From: Octopus vulgaris
Taxonomy: Eukaryota
DNA length: 64,000 nucleotides
Direction of reading: 5' to 3'
Assembly (NCBI GenBank): GCA_951406725.2
Contig: OX597823.1
Span: 93,496,001-93,560,000 of the forward strand
Positions within the stretch are counted from its first letter, which is position 1; every line of letters begins with the position of its first letter. Below are positions 26,546-41,686 of the stretch, piece by piece. The position numbers were made by a program, and so were the translations under genes. Under the pieces are notes generated by a model. The model did not search any database. It was not told the DNA's origin and worked only from the letters and a program-made list of their open reading frames with translations.

Positions 26546-26873
26546 GTCACTTTGGTATCACTATGGTTTCGACACTTGGGCAGTACCATTCAATCCGGCG
26601 GTATAAACACCACTAAAATAAGTGTTGCTTGGGGACAGACACTCCTTTGATATCATCACATTCATTCTTAATTCGAGGATGGATTAAACACTAACAGTAT
26701 TAATTAAATTACAACAAATTTCCCGATATCTTTTTTGATCCTTCGATGTCGTCTCTTCTTTTCATTCTAAAAAGGCAGTATCGCCAAATTAATTATATAA
26801 GTAAACTATACGTGTATATATATATATATATATATGCATATGTGAGCACGCATCCTCTGCTAGTACGTTATAC

Positions 26874-26904
<31 letters not shown>

Positions 26905-26910
26905 TGACAC

Positions 26911-28531
<1,621 letters not shown>

Positions 28532-28904
28532 AATATGTACTTACATAAGGCCAAAGAGGGTACGGACGTCGCTATATATATTATATGTAGAAAAATACAA
28601 ACTGGGACAAGAATGTAACACATTTAGAAGACGATACAAAAAACACGGACGGGACAATCGAAGACTTCAATCTTCATAGGATCATGTCCACATGTTACAA
28701 AATACCTGTTTACGGTTTTGGGACACCGAAGATCACAGCTAGAGTCAACAATTTTACTATACTCCTGCACAAGCTTTCCCATATATTTTAACTGTCATCA
28801 TTTTTTAAATCTATATTTCTTATACATTTTTTTCGTTTTTTCCCTATTTAATGGTGTGAATGTGTACGTGTCTGTGTAAATGTATGTATATATATATATA
28901 TTTC

Positions 28905-29095
28905 TTTTCTACTCTAGTGACAGGGCCTGAAGGTTTGGCGTAGGGTACCCGTCAATGAGATCGACCCCAGTATGCAGCTGGTACTTCATTTAGCGACGCC
29001 GAAGGGAGGAAAAGCAAAGTTGATCTTGGCGGAATTTGAAATCAGAACGTAAAGACAGACGAAATACCTATTTCTTTACTACCCACAAGGGGCTA
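28905..29095 (-). mobile_element. Family A SINE body preceded by a B/LINE tail at the GGTATTTCG site
   Basis: Plus strand reads cagacgaaatacc tatttctttactacccacaaggggcta. Confidence 0.85.
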
Positions 29096-29266
29096 TGAGG
29101 ATTCGACAAGAAATTGGCTATCAACCACATAGATGATTTTTTTTTATAGTGATCAAAATCTAACTCCCTCCATCAAATCGACATTAGCTGTACAGGTGCA
29201 CCATGTGCCACATGTCAGATAACGAAACCATTGCAGGCGCAGGAGTGGCTGTGTGGTAAGTAATAT

Positions 29267-29670
29267 AGGCGCAGGAGTGGCTGTGTGGTAAGTAGCTTGC
29301 GAACCAGCCACATGGTTCCGGGTTCAGTCCCACTGCGTGGCATCTTGGGCAAGTGTCTTCTGCTATAGCCCCGGGTCAACCAATGCCTTGTGAGTGGATT
29401 TGGTAGACGGAAACTGAATGAAGCCTGTCGTATATATGTATATATATATGTATGTGTGTGTTTGTGTGTCTGTGTTTCTCCCCCTAGCATTGCTTGACGA
29501 CCGATGCTGGTGTGTTTATGTCCCCGTAACTTAGCGGTTCGGCAAAAGAGACCGATAGAATAAGTACTGGGCTTACAAAGAATAAGTCCCGGGGTCGAAC
29601 TGCTCTAATTAAAGGCGGTGCTCCAGCATGGCCGCAGTCAAATGACTGAAACAAGTAAAAGAGTAAAAAA
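29267..29670 (+). mobile_element. Full-length family C SINE with a duplicated 5' head upstream (29235-29261)
   Basis: ggcgcaggagtggctgtgtggtaagta occurs twice; full core and tail. Confidence 0.92.
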
Positions 29671-30113
29671 GAGAGAGAGAGAGCAGCGTGAGATGAAGTG
29701 GTCTGAGAACACAAGGCAACGCCTGGTCTGGGAATCGAAACCACTATCTCGCAATCCTGAATAAAACACCCTAACCACTAAGCTATGTGCCACCACATAT
29801 GTGTGTGTGTGCGCGGGTGTGTGTAACAATATCTGTTTCAACACTCCATTTCACACCACGAATCTTTCAAATCAAATTTATTAACGTATTATTAGTTAAT
29901 AAATCGTACGGTGTACAGGTGGTAGTTTACGGGTAAAGCACGTTCACAGGCTTACTTTTCGTTGGGTGTGAGATTAACAAGACAGACGAAGATGGAAAAT
30001 ACGATAAAGTTTATTGATCACTATAATTATTCCAATCCATCTAGCATCGATCCCTCACGGGTGGGATGCTGAGTATTTGGTTAGAAATGTGTCCATCGGT
30101 GAAGATGTGTGTC

Positions 30114-30157
<44 letters not shown>

Positions 30158-30440
30158 CGTGCTTCCGTGTGTTTAACTTTGTGTCTGTCTTCCGCCTTGC
30201 TTGACAACCAGTATTTCAGTCATCAGATTGCGGCCTGACATGGATCCGACATGAAGAATTCCCACTTGAACGATCGACCCAAGTACTTAATTTTTTAAAG
30301 CATGCTAATTCTATGGCTTTCTTTTGCCGAACCACTAAGTTGCAGCGAAGTTAATACACTAGCACCGGTTGCCAAGTAGTGATGGTGGTGGTGGGGAAAC
30401 ACAGACACAATCACATACATACCATATATAACTATGGTAA

Positions 30441-30669
30441 GGCGGCGAGCTGGCAGAAACGTTAGCACGCCGGGCGAAATGCATAGCCGTATTTCGTCTC
30501 TCGTTACGTTCGGAGTTCAAATTCCACCGAGGTCCACTTTGCCTTTCATCCTTTCGGGGTCGATTAATCAAGTACCAGTCGACTGGTATCAATATAATCG
30601 ACTTAACCCCTTTGTCTGTCCTTGTTTGTCCCCTCTATGTTTAGCACCTTGTGGGTAGTAAAAGAAATA
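30441..30669 (+). mobile_element. Full-length family B SINE with imperfect TSD
   Basis: ataactatggta before and ataattatggta after. Confidence 0.92.
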
Positions 30670-32517
30670 TACATAATTATGGTATATTCTGTTAGGAACT
30701 TGGCAGAGTACAGTATAAAGCTCATCCACCCTTATAATTACTAACAGTATCCGGTACCACTATTATATACTTCCAGGTTTTTGTTTGGGCATTCGTGTGT
30801 GAATATCAAATTGAAGAAATTCGAGTCGACAAGAAGGTTGACAGTTATTTTTTTAATCACTACAATTGTTTTCACGCAATGTAGTTCTCCAAAAATACAA
30901 GAATTTGATTATGCAAGCGTATATTTGAGCAATGAGATCCAGTTGTGTTTACGCAGGTGATATTCAAGTGTTGTCTCCACTAGTTTGAAATCCTTGACTT
31001 CAAGGCCAATCCTTCCTTCCGTCTGTCCGCCCGTCCGCCTGTCTTGATTTGAATTTTAAAGCAGTTGGTAGATTCATACTGTTGGTTACCAGGCTGTGTT
31101 ATATACAAACCGGTGTACATCTGCCTTTATACACACACAGACTCACCCATATCCCATCATCACACATAAACAAACCTACGTATATATGCCTAAATGCACA
31201 CACAGATACATGTTTGTAGTTATGCATCTGTGTGTGTGTGTATATATAGAAGTATTATTATATTTGTGTTTTATATACTTGCCCAAGGTGCCACGCAATA
31301 GGACTGAACCCGGAACTGTGTGGTTGGGGTGGAAAATTCTTACCACACAGCCTTATACTTATACGTATGTATATGTACACACACACACACACACTCACAT
31401 ATATATATATATATATATTCCACAAATATATAGAGATATATACATGTTTATATCTCCGTCAATTTCGCTTTTGCACCTCTGTGACATCAGAGAAGTAAAT
31501 TAAACTAAATTGCGAAACACTAATTAACGATGTGGTTTCACAATTTGATAGTTTTAGCGTTTTTTTTTTATATCTCAAATGACGAGAATATTATTGATAG
31601 ATGAGAGAAAAACTGTAGTAAAACTTCTACGAGGAGGTTATCTTTCTTAAGTATTTTTTCGTTTATTCATTGTGTCAATGGGAACAAGAATATAAATTTT
31701 CATGACATTTAAAACTTTCATTTATTTGTTCAAATACTATTTTCCTTAACACTCTCAAGCTGATTTACATTACTATTCGGGATATAGCATCGATTCAAGT
31801 ATTATATCTTTGTATCAATTTAAGTGTAAGCTATTGATTTTTATTATAAAAAAATAATGATAGTCAAAAGTATTTCTATAGTAGCATTAGAAATGGTGAT
31901 AACAGTAATAACAGAGGGAGAGAAAATGAGAGAATAAGTGAGAGGGAAAGATATCAACAGACATCAATTCCTAGTAAAAATACAACAATAATCAGCTGCA
32001 TTAATTTCGGCACCGAACTCATGTATTTCTATTGAAAGAACAGACGTTATATTTACATATTCCACCTCTAAGAAAGAACATATAGATTCGATATGATACA
32101 TACATACATGCGCATGCATACGCATATGTGTAAATACATGTAGGTATAAACATATAAATATATATATATGTATATATGTATATATGTGTAGGTATGTATG
32201 CGTATATACATATGTAATGTATATGTGTATGTATACACGTATGTATGTATGTATGTATGTATGTATGTATGTATGTATGTATGTATGTATGTATCTATGT
32301 ATAAGGTCTAGAGTCTTAAATCTTGTGGAGGATTTTATATTTTGTAACATTTATTAAAATAACCAACACGGTTTCAATAATATTTTTGTTTTTCAATGGT
32401 AGCTAAAAAAATGTTTAGGCCCGATCGGAGGTACAGAGGGAAATTCGGAAGCATGCTTAAAACATCAAATGTTCGTACATATATACATACATGCATGCAT
32501 AGATACATACATACATA

Positions 32518-32560
<43 letters not shown>

Positions 32561-32704
32561 GTATGTATGAGTATGTATATATATATGTTTTTATATGTAT
32601 TTATATATATGTACATATATCTATATGTATATATATGTATATATATATGTACATATATATATATATATATGTATGTATATATATGTATATATGTATATAT
32701 ATGC

Positions 32705-32738
<34 letters not shown>

Positions 32739-33100
32739 ATATGTTTATATGTATATATATGTATATATGTATATATATATATATGTATTTATATATATGT
32801 ATATATATGTGTATATATATGTATATATATATATATATTATATTTATATATATGTATATATATTATATATATATATGTTATATTTATATATATGTATATA
32901 TATTATATATATATATGTATATGTATTTATATGTATGCATATATACATATATATATTACGTATAACTATCATATAAACCCCACAACAACTTCAACTCCGT
33001 AACAAATACTAATCTGAACACCAGGAATAATAACGAACCTAACACCGGTTCCTAACTAAATAACAACCTCTTTACAAATTCTTCCGGAACACCCCCTATA

Positions 33101-33477
33101 AACGTATGCAACTTCAGACGTCCAGCCTCCTATCCTTTAGATAATCATTGTCTCACGAAAAACATCGTTAACAAATGTACAGTATCAGCTGCCAATTGTA
33201 ACTATATATATATATTGGCTCGTGCAGCACCGCCTTCAAAGCAAGAGTGAGCAATCACTATTCTAATTTCAAGTCCCAACGAAATCCAACTCCTTACACT
33301 CTCAAGCGGTCCATAGTCATCGACGGCAAGCCATAGAGCGACTATAATAATAAGTGTGACCTTTGTATAGCTGATGCTTTAGCTATTATGCAATCCACGG
33401 AGTGTCTCAATGAACGCAGCAGTATAATTTTTACCTGCAAACATTGATCACTAAATCTATTCTCGAAATACAAATAA
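33101..33477 (+). pseudogene. Decayed Penelope-like GIY-YIG endonuclease
   Basis: CNFRRPASYPLDNHCLTKNIVNKCTV / YIGSCSTAFKARVSNHYSNFK / YTLKRSI...KCDLCIADALAI...LNERSSIIFTCKH; frameshift, deletion and stops. Confidence 0.88.
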
Positions 33478-34464
33478 CAATGCCCCCACCTGCATCTTTT
33501 CCCCTAGACTTTTCCCCATTATTTACTCTTAAATCACTATAAATTAAACCACCGATATATACGCATTAATTTCCCTTTAATTCCTTATTGTCGTTTATCT
33601 GTCCTTACCAGTTACACCCCTTTTCTCTTATTTCACCTGCCTCCGCCTTTTTATTCGCTTTGTAAACGCACAAGTACTTACGCCCACCTACATCTCTACT
33701 ACTTCATACTGTAAACACGCGCGCCGCACACCACAATATACATTCCTTAATTGATAATTAGCAGTTGTCTCTACAATTCTACCCAATTCTCTCTTAATTT
33801 CTATTTCTAATACTACCCAATCCCTTCATGCATACATTCTCTCACCCCCTGACTACAAATATTTCCCCACCTCTTTCCTCCGCACTATCTTCTTTTCAAA
33901 TACCAACCCCCTTGCTAATCTCTGTGATTCGGCCAAAATAGCTTTATTGAATACAACCGGTCAAATGACTTTGCTTAACGTCTTCGTTCTTCCCACTCCC
34001 TGATGCTTTATTTATTTTATTCTCCCTTCCTCTCCTCTCATTTTCTCTCTCCATTTCCATTCTCTACTCTTACTGTGCTCTTTACACATTCTGATCGAAC
34101 TCTCCATCTGTTAACACGTGTCACTTTGCCACAATGTAAACTTCCCTTTAATCAAGCTATCCTTGGCCTGTCGAGTAGCCTGTGGTATACACCTCGCATG
34201 GATATTGAGCACTTCCGAGGTTCCGCTCACTATGAAACATATGTAGCCAGGATTTTATCCACTCCATTTTTTAACTCTTGTATACTTTTTTGTAATCGCC
34301 GGTTACCTACGGTAAAATATGAAAAGAGCTTTTTTCAATTTATCAAACTTCAATAAGAAAAACAAATCTGCAACCTTCCGTCTCAATAAAACACTATTGT
34401 CCTTGAATTCTCTTTAATATTTAATACGGATTACGCGAAGCCAACTTTCTTCCTACATCTCGAT

Positions 34465-34550
34465 CTAGCCAACAATTGATTTCGACTTATACTTATATCT
34501 TTAGATATATAAACAATTCAATTCACTTATATAAGTCTCATCAGAGCTAG
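34465..34550 (-). ncRNA. Type-I hammerhead motif with long loop II
   Basis: ctagct CTGATGA gacttat...ataagtc GAAA tcaattg TT ggctag. Confidence 0.75.
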
Positions 34551-35118
34551 GGTTTAAAGATAGACGAAATTCCGTGTAAAAGGACGACTGGATAGTAAAT
34601 AATTAATCCAAATGCTTATGTATTATGAGCGTAAGTGTTACATTTTTCAACTACAGAGCAATTACGATTAAAAAACAACATAATTATAACGGACACAATA
34701 ATTAAGTAGAATCTACAACTATCGAAATATATTTCTATATATCTCAAATAATATTAATCAAAACTCGGTTAGATTGAAGACAATCTTTCGCTATTATAAT
34801 AACATACAAACATATATAGGTATATAAATTAAGTATCAGTGTTTTACTTAATCTAGAAACCAATAAAACGTGTAAACAATATAAATGATAATTATATTGG
34901 TAATATATATATAAAAAAACTCTTTCATTTATATAAAAATTATTGGTATAAAAAAGATTGTTTAAAATAAAAAAAATAAAATTATTCTTTATTTAGTTTA
35001 TCGGAGGGAAAATTCTGTCATAAATATGAAAAGAACCTTAGAAAAATGTTCTTTGTTTACTTAATTAATCGTAGAGAGAATTCCATAATAAATATGAATT
35101 TCGTCTATGTTCAAACCT

Positions 35119-35200
35119 TAGCTCTGATGAGACTTATGTAAGTGAATTGAATTCTTTATATATCAAAATTTGTATATAAGTCGAAACAAATTGTTGACTA
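35119..35200 (+). ncRNA. Type-I hammerhead motif, inverted partner of 34465-34550
   Basis: tagct CTGATGA gacttat...ataagtc GAAA caaattg TT gacta; 34465-34572 and 35096-35200 form an inverted repeat. Confidence 0.7.
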
Positions 35201-35444
35201 TTTTTGTCTTACAATGATTTTTTTGTTATATTATATTATATCCAGAGTATATTATTATACTATTATATATGTAAATTATTGGATTGTCAACTGTTTCTCT
35301 CTAATTTATTGTTTGTAATTTGCATTACATCCATATTTTTGTGGCATTCAACTGACGTACAAGAGAATAGGAGGTTTTACACACCTCTTTGAAGGAATTC
35401 TTTTCCTTAATTCGTTACTATATATGCCATGTTGATTCGCTAGC

Positions 35445-35633
35445 TTCTGCACGCATTTTTTTTCTCTCCTTGTTTCTTTCCGTGTTTCTTTTCTGTGTAT
35501 CTTTCTGTTGAAGAGCGTAGGCTCGAAACGTAAAAGACTTGTTTTATTTATATTCCTGAGCGCCATACTAATACAATTGTTTGTTTGTATTCTACCTGCC
35601 TTCGTCTTTTGTTTATTTTCATAAAGCTTCCCG
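35445..35633 (+). mobile_element. Penelope pLTR-like end abutting (TA)n, copy 2, with hammerhead variant at 35500-35537
   Basis: tcttt CTGTTGA a gagc gtag gctc GAAA cg TA aaaga. Confidence 0.72.
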
Positions 35634-35667
<34 letters not shown>

Positions 35668-36652
35668 GGTGGGTTTGTTTTTAGTTTTCGTCTGCCTAAC
35701 CAGCTCAGATTCTTTAGCTGACCAGAGGCTATAGTGGATATCACCTGCCCTTGTTTCCATGCCGTTGAAGAGCAAACTTCTTACTTCTCAGCCGTACATT
35801 ATGTCTGAATATAGACGAAAATTTACAGGAAAAAAGCACCAGATGATTTCCAACCAAGTGAAAACATTTCTATCACTGAATGGGTGATATCAGGCCGAAG
35901 CATCTGTCTCATGGAGGGATGACGTTTATTGGAGGCTCAGTATGATTTTCTTGAAACGGAATATATATTTTTCTCCGGGTTAAAATACAACAATGAACAT
36001 ATTTTAATCTATGGTGAGTGCAGTGCTTACGCACCCATAATCATACACACGCACACACACAGATACACACACAGGCGCACATACATACAAACTTACTTAT
36101 ACTCCATTTACTTTAGGTTATTATAAATGAAATGACGTATGTATACTTAAGTTTGCGATACGTAAAACATTGGTCTCACTTCTTTGAATGTTGGTCCATC
36201 CATCATGCGTATATGTATCGGTTTATATCTATAACTTAAAACATCAAACTCACATACACACACAAACAAAACACACACACATACACACAAACATATGTAT
36301 AAACATGAATAACTTTCAGACGTAACACCATATTTAATCTGCTTTTCCAAAACATTTCTGCGCCAAAACACACGCGTTAACCTCATTACTACTCCACACA
36401 AACCAACATACCCAAAGAAGATTTAAACCCCACACAGACTTTATAAATCCAAGATTAAAATCAATGCCTCGAATTCCGTCGACGTCTTGGTTGGTCGAAG
36501 CTTCATTGTCGCTCTCAACTATATTATTCATTAAGAATAATATATATATATAGAGAGAGAGAGACATAAGTACACACATATCCGGCATAAATATATACAT
36601 ACATACAAACTCATATATCATCATATCATCATGCATACACACACACACACAC

Positions 36653-36736
<84 letters not shown>

Positions 36737-36856
36737 TGGACAACTAGAGAGGGAGAGTAATAAATACATCTACAAGGGGGAAAAATCACTCAGCAAGTTT
36801 TTACAAGATTTATGGCACCCTTGTATGAATAAAGCGGCCATGAATGCATACACGAT

Positions 36857-37356
36857 TTAGTTAGTTAGTTAGTTAGATAATTTTGGGGCTCAAAAAGCAA
36901 AAAGCAAGGCCATGTAGGGGGACATGGAGTTATGTACAAGGTGGTATTCATGTAAAGAGTTCAGGCCACTTGAGGTCAAGGGAGACTTCGAACCGAGCGG
37001 TTGTCGGCATCTTCACCATCTCGTTTGGCAGCTTATTCCACGGATCCGCAACCCGGACGGAGAAAGCCCCTCTCTTTCGATTGAGATGAAATCGTCGCAG
37101 ATAGAGCTTTTCGGAATGACCCCACAGCCGACGCTCTGGAGCAGGAATGAAGAACAGCTCTTTCGAGAGGTTACACTTTCCGCTTGTGATGTTGTGATCA
37201 AGAATGAGATCTCCACGGAGTCGTCGTCTTTCTAGAGAATAAAGGTCGAGCGTCTTCAGCCTTTCTTCATAAGACAAATTCTTGAGACCAAGGACCATGC
37301 GGGTAGCCAGCTTCTGGACTCTTTCGAGATGCTGTATGTCTTTGAGGAGATAACAA
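36857..37356 (-). mobile_element. CR1-clade LINE 3' fragment with (TTAG)n tail as read on the plus strand
   Basis: ORF 36948-37406: KDIQHLERVQKLATRMV.GLKNLSYEERLKTLDLYSLERRRLRGDLI...FSVRVADPWNKLP. Confidence 0.93.
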
Positions 37357-37420
37357 GTACTTATGTAAATATTCTCAATCATGCATGCATACGTACTTTG
37401 ATACACTCACACACACAAAA

Positions 37421-37451
<31 letters not shown>

Positions 37452-38039
37452 CATACACACACACACACATATGTATATATATGTAGATTGAAATGACATA
37501 GATCTCTGTCTCCTCACTTTCTACGCTTTGTTTTCAATCCTTTAACCATTGCGTTTTTAAGGTTAATCTAACAAAGGAGACCGATCCTAAGAATTTAATC
37601 CACCAGCTAAATGCTGCTTTGCATGTTGTGACTTACAATTACAGTGTTTCTAGGGACACCATATCAAGTCATTATCTTCCATCAGACATACATTAGGCTG
37701 TACTTCATGAAGCATGGGCTGCTATTTCTAACACATCATTCAGCTCATTTCGTTTCGCAAATTTTTCAGAAGTATGTGTAGAAAAACTAAATACTTAAAA
37801 GTCACAGAAAGTCGAGACATGGCGTGTTGTTACAATTATGAATGTGTATTATTCTGTTTTTATTTTCATATATTTTTATTTATTTTATTCTGTTGTTAAT
37901 GGAAACATTATCATTCGGAATACAAAAGCGAAGAAATGAAACCTTTGTAAATATTACAGTTACTGGACGCCATTTGAAACCATCTGGGAGTTGGGGATAT
38001 AGACAGCCAACGGTATTGTTATTAAATTTTTCAAAAGAA

Positions 38040-38096
<57 letters not shown>

Positions 38097-38744
38097 CGTA
38101 ATGGCGTCATATCTTTATGTAGGAAATAACTGGATGGAAAACAAATGGCAGCAGACGACAGGGGAAGTTATATGATAAAAAAAAAGTAGAACAAATGAAA
38201 AAAAATTCCAAATTTTCGAAATATTTTCTGGGAAAATCTTGCAAGAATGAGCATAAAGCCCAGACAATGACAGTATAATATAAATTGTAAAGAATACGAA
38301 AGGAAACAAATAAATTAGTGAAGATATGGTAGAAAACCAAAAAAAAGAAACATGAAGTATTTCTTTTTTATTTTTTTGCTATGGTTGTATGTGTGAGAGG
38401 AGTAAAATATTGACAAGCAACGCTATAACGCGTTGTTATTAATTTAATTCTAGGTTTTATTATTGGTATCTGGAGTATATTTAACTAGTGATTCTAATAA
38501 GTTTCTGTCTGTCTCATAACTGGATGCCTTGCAGACTGGCTGGCATTTTTGTTTGAGGAATTGGTTGGTTAGCTCCTGTATTAGGTTCATGTGCTTGTTA
38601 GTTTTTTTTTTTTTTTATGAATATATATTTTTTAGGGTGCGGGAGAGAAGAATAATCAGCAGCATTATTGCCATAATTCTTCAACGAGGAGAATTATTAA
38701 CATACACACAACGTGTATAACGACATACACACACACACATAAGC

Positions 38745-38818
<74 letters not shown>

Positions 38819-38957
38819 TACATACATATATATATACATATATATATATATAGATAGATAGGTAGATATACATCCATACCTGTATATATATATACATATA
38901 CATATATATATACATATATATGCATATATATATATGTATATATATATAGATACACAC

Positions 38958-38988
<31 letters not shown>

Positions 38989-39071
38989 CGTATATACATA
39001 TATATATATATAAATATATATATACACATATATATATAAATATATATATATATATAAATATATATATACAC

Positions 39072-39102
<31 letters not shown>

Positions 39103-39529
39103 AATATATATATACACATATATATATAAATATATATATATATGTGTGTGTGTGTGCGTGTGTGTGTGTATGTATTGATAACTTTATATTGGTATCTGCG
39201 TCTCTGGGAGCATGGCAGATGCACGTGCTACATCTAGCAAATTTCACCGAAATTGTCTTTGCTTTTTTATCTTTTGAGAAAATAAAGCACTCAATATATT
39301 TTGTAGGAGTTACATATATTATTATTTACAGCAATTTTATTCGGTACTATGTGACTACGAATTCCGCATACTTTTAAAAGTAACCTAACTCGTTAAAGGG
39401 TCAGATAACCGAATCCGTAAACTGAGCCTAATCGGTTATTTGACACTGAACGGGATACCCTTATGTTAGAAGCCTGCGAAACTTTAGGTTGTAGGAGCCG
39501 AATCAAACTCTTTTAAATAATGTTGATTT

Positions 39530-39738
39530 CAAATTTTGGCACAAGGCCAGCAATTATGGTTGCGGGGTAAGTTGATTACGATGGCCCAAGTGCTCAAGTG
39601 GTACTTATTTAAAAGATCTTTAAAAAGGATGAAAGGCGAAGTAGACCACAGTAGAATTTGAACTCAGATCGTGAACATGGACGAAATGCCGCGAAAGATT
39701 TCTCCTGGTGCGCAAACGATTTTGCCAGCACGCCGCCC
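39530..39738 (-). mobile_element. Family A-like SINE
   Basis: aaggatgaaaggcgaagtagacc...aatttgaactcag...tgccagcacgccgcc. Confidence 0.8.
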
Positions 39739-39890
39739 CTATATAATTTAGTAATAATAATAATAATAACAATAATAATAATAATAATAATGTTCATCAT
39801 GATCATAACAATATATGTATAGAGAAAGAGATTTAGAGACAAACACACACGCGCACACACACACATACACACACACACATACATATATAT

Positions 39891-39937
<47 letters not shown>

Positions 39938-39938
39938 C

Positions 39939-40036
<98 letters not shown>

Positions 40037-40092
40037 TATATATATATATGCATATATATATATGCATATATATATATATGCATATATATATA

Positions 40093-40302
<210 letters not shown>

Positions 40303-40305
40303 TAG

Positions 40306-40337
<32 letters not shown>

Positions 40338-40802
40338 CAACAGACATCTATATATTTTTATAGACGTCCATATATATGCAAATATATCCTATGGGCTTCT
40401 TTCAGTTTCCGTCTAGCAAATCCACCCACAAAGCTTTTCTTGGTCCGAGATTTGCCCAAGGTATCATAGCACAGAGTGGGATTGACCTCGGAGCCACGTG
40501 GATTGGAACCATGAGCCTCTGAAAGAAAAATTCCTTGGCAGCAAAGAATGCAATAAATTTTTAACAGTTGAAAGGCGGTTTTCATTGAGGTCAGCAGACA
40601 GGTATATAAGTGATTATATGCGCAGACGGTAGCATAATTCTAAATATGCAAATATTAAAAGAAACTTATAGAATTATATATTTATTTCTACAAAAGTAAA
40701 TATAAAAAACGAATTCGATTCATAGACAGTTTTGATTAAACTATTTTACTTACGTGTGCAGAGGTTAAGCACATTTTTTTTATCGTTTACATCTTTCATC
40801 CG

Positions 40803-41100
40803 TGGAGGCATATTGCCTAGTGGTCACAGCAGCGGACTCGCGGTCGAAGGATCACCGGTTCAAATCTCAGACCGGGTGATGTATGTGTTTATGAGCGAAA
40901 TACCAAAGCCTCACGCGGCTCCGGCAGAAGGAAATGGCGAACTTCTGCTGACTCTTTTGCCACAACTTTCTCTCGCTCTTTCCTCCTGCATCTAACAGCT
41001 CACATGTATGAACCGGCATCCCGTCCAGGTGGGGAACCCATACGCCAATGAAACAGGGAAATAGACCCTTATGGGCCGAAAAAGCATGGCTCGTAAAGGA
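40803..41100 (+). mobile_element. tRNA-derived SINE
   Basis: A-box ttgcctagtgg, B-box ggttcaaatc; shares head and core with 58801-59110. Confidence 0.8.
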
Positions 41101-41492
41101 ACAAACAACAACACTTCTTTCATCCACAGGACTGCGGCCATGCTGGATCCCCGTTTGGAAATGTTTAGTTGAACGAATTGAACCCGGTACTTGATTTTTA
41201 AAGCCATATACTTATTCTATCGATCATTTCTGCTGAACCGCTAAGTCACGTCAACCTAAGCAAACTAACACCGGTTATTAATCGGTGGAAGAGATAAGCA
41301 CAAACACAATCAAGAACACAGACAATGGGATTTTACTCCGTTTTCATCTTACAAATTCACTTAAGAACGCATTAGACACCCTGAGGTTTATAGTAGGTGG
41401 CACAAGTCCAAGGTACCACGCAGTGGAACTGAACCTGAACCCTCGTGATTAAAAAGTGACCTCGGTATCCCCAGAACCAAACTTGCACATAC

Positions 41493-41558
<66 letters not shown>

Positions 41559-41643
41559 TTAGAGACAAAACCACTATTTTGCAAAACAAACAAGGAAAGA
41601 CTTAATCAATACATAAAATTTTAATAAAAAGTCAAAAAAACCG

Positions 41644-41686
41644 CCACTACAATTGTTTCTTGTCCTGATCGACAATCTTCAGGTGG
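41644..41686 (-). ncRNA. Minimal type-I hammerhead ribozyme
   Basis: Exact reverse complement of 46372-46414. Confidence 0.85.
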
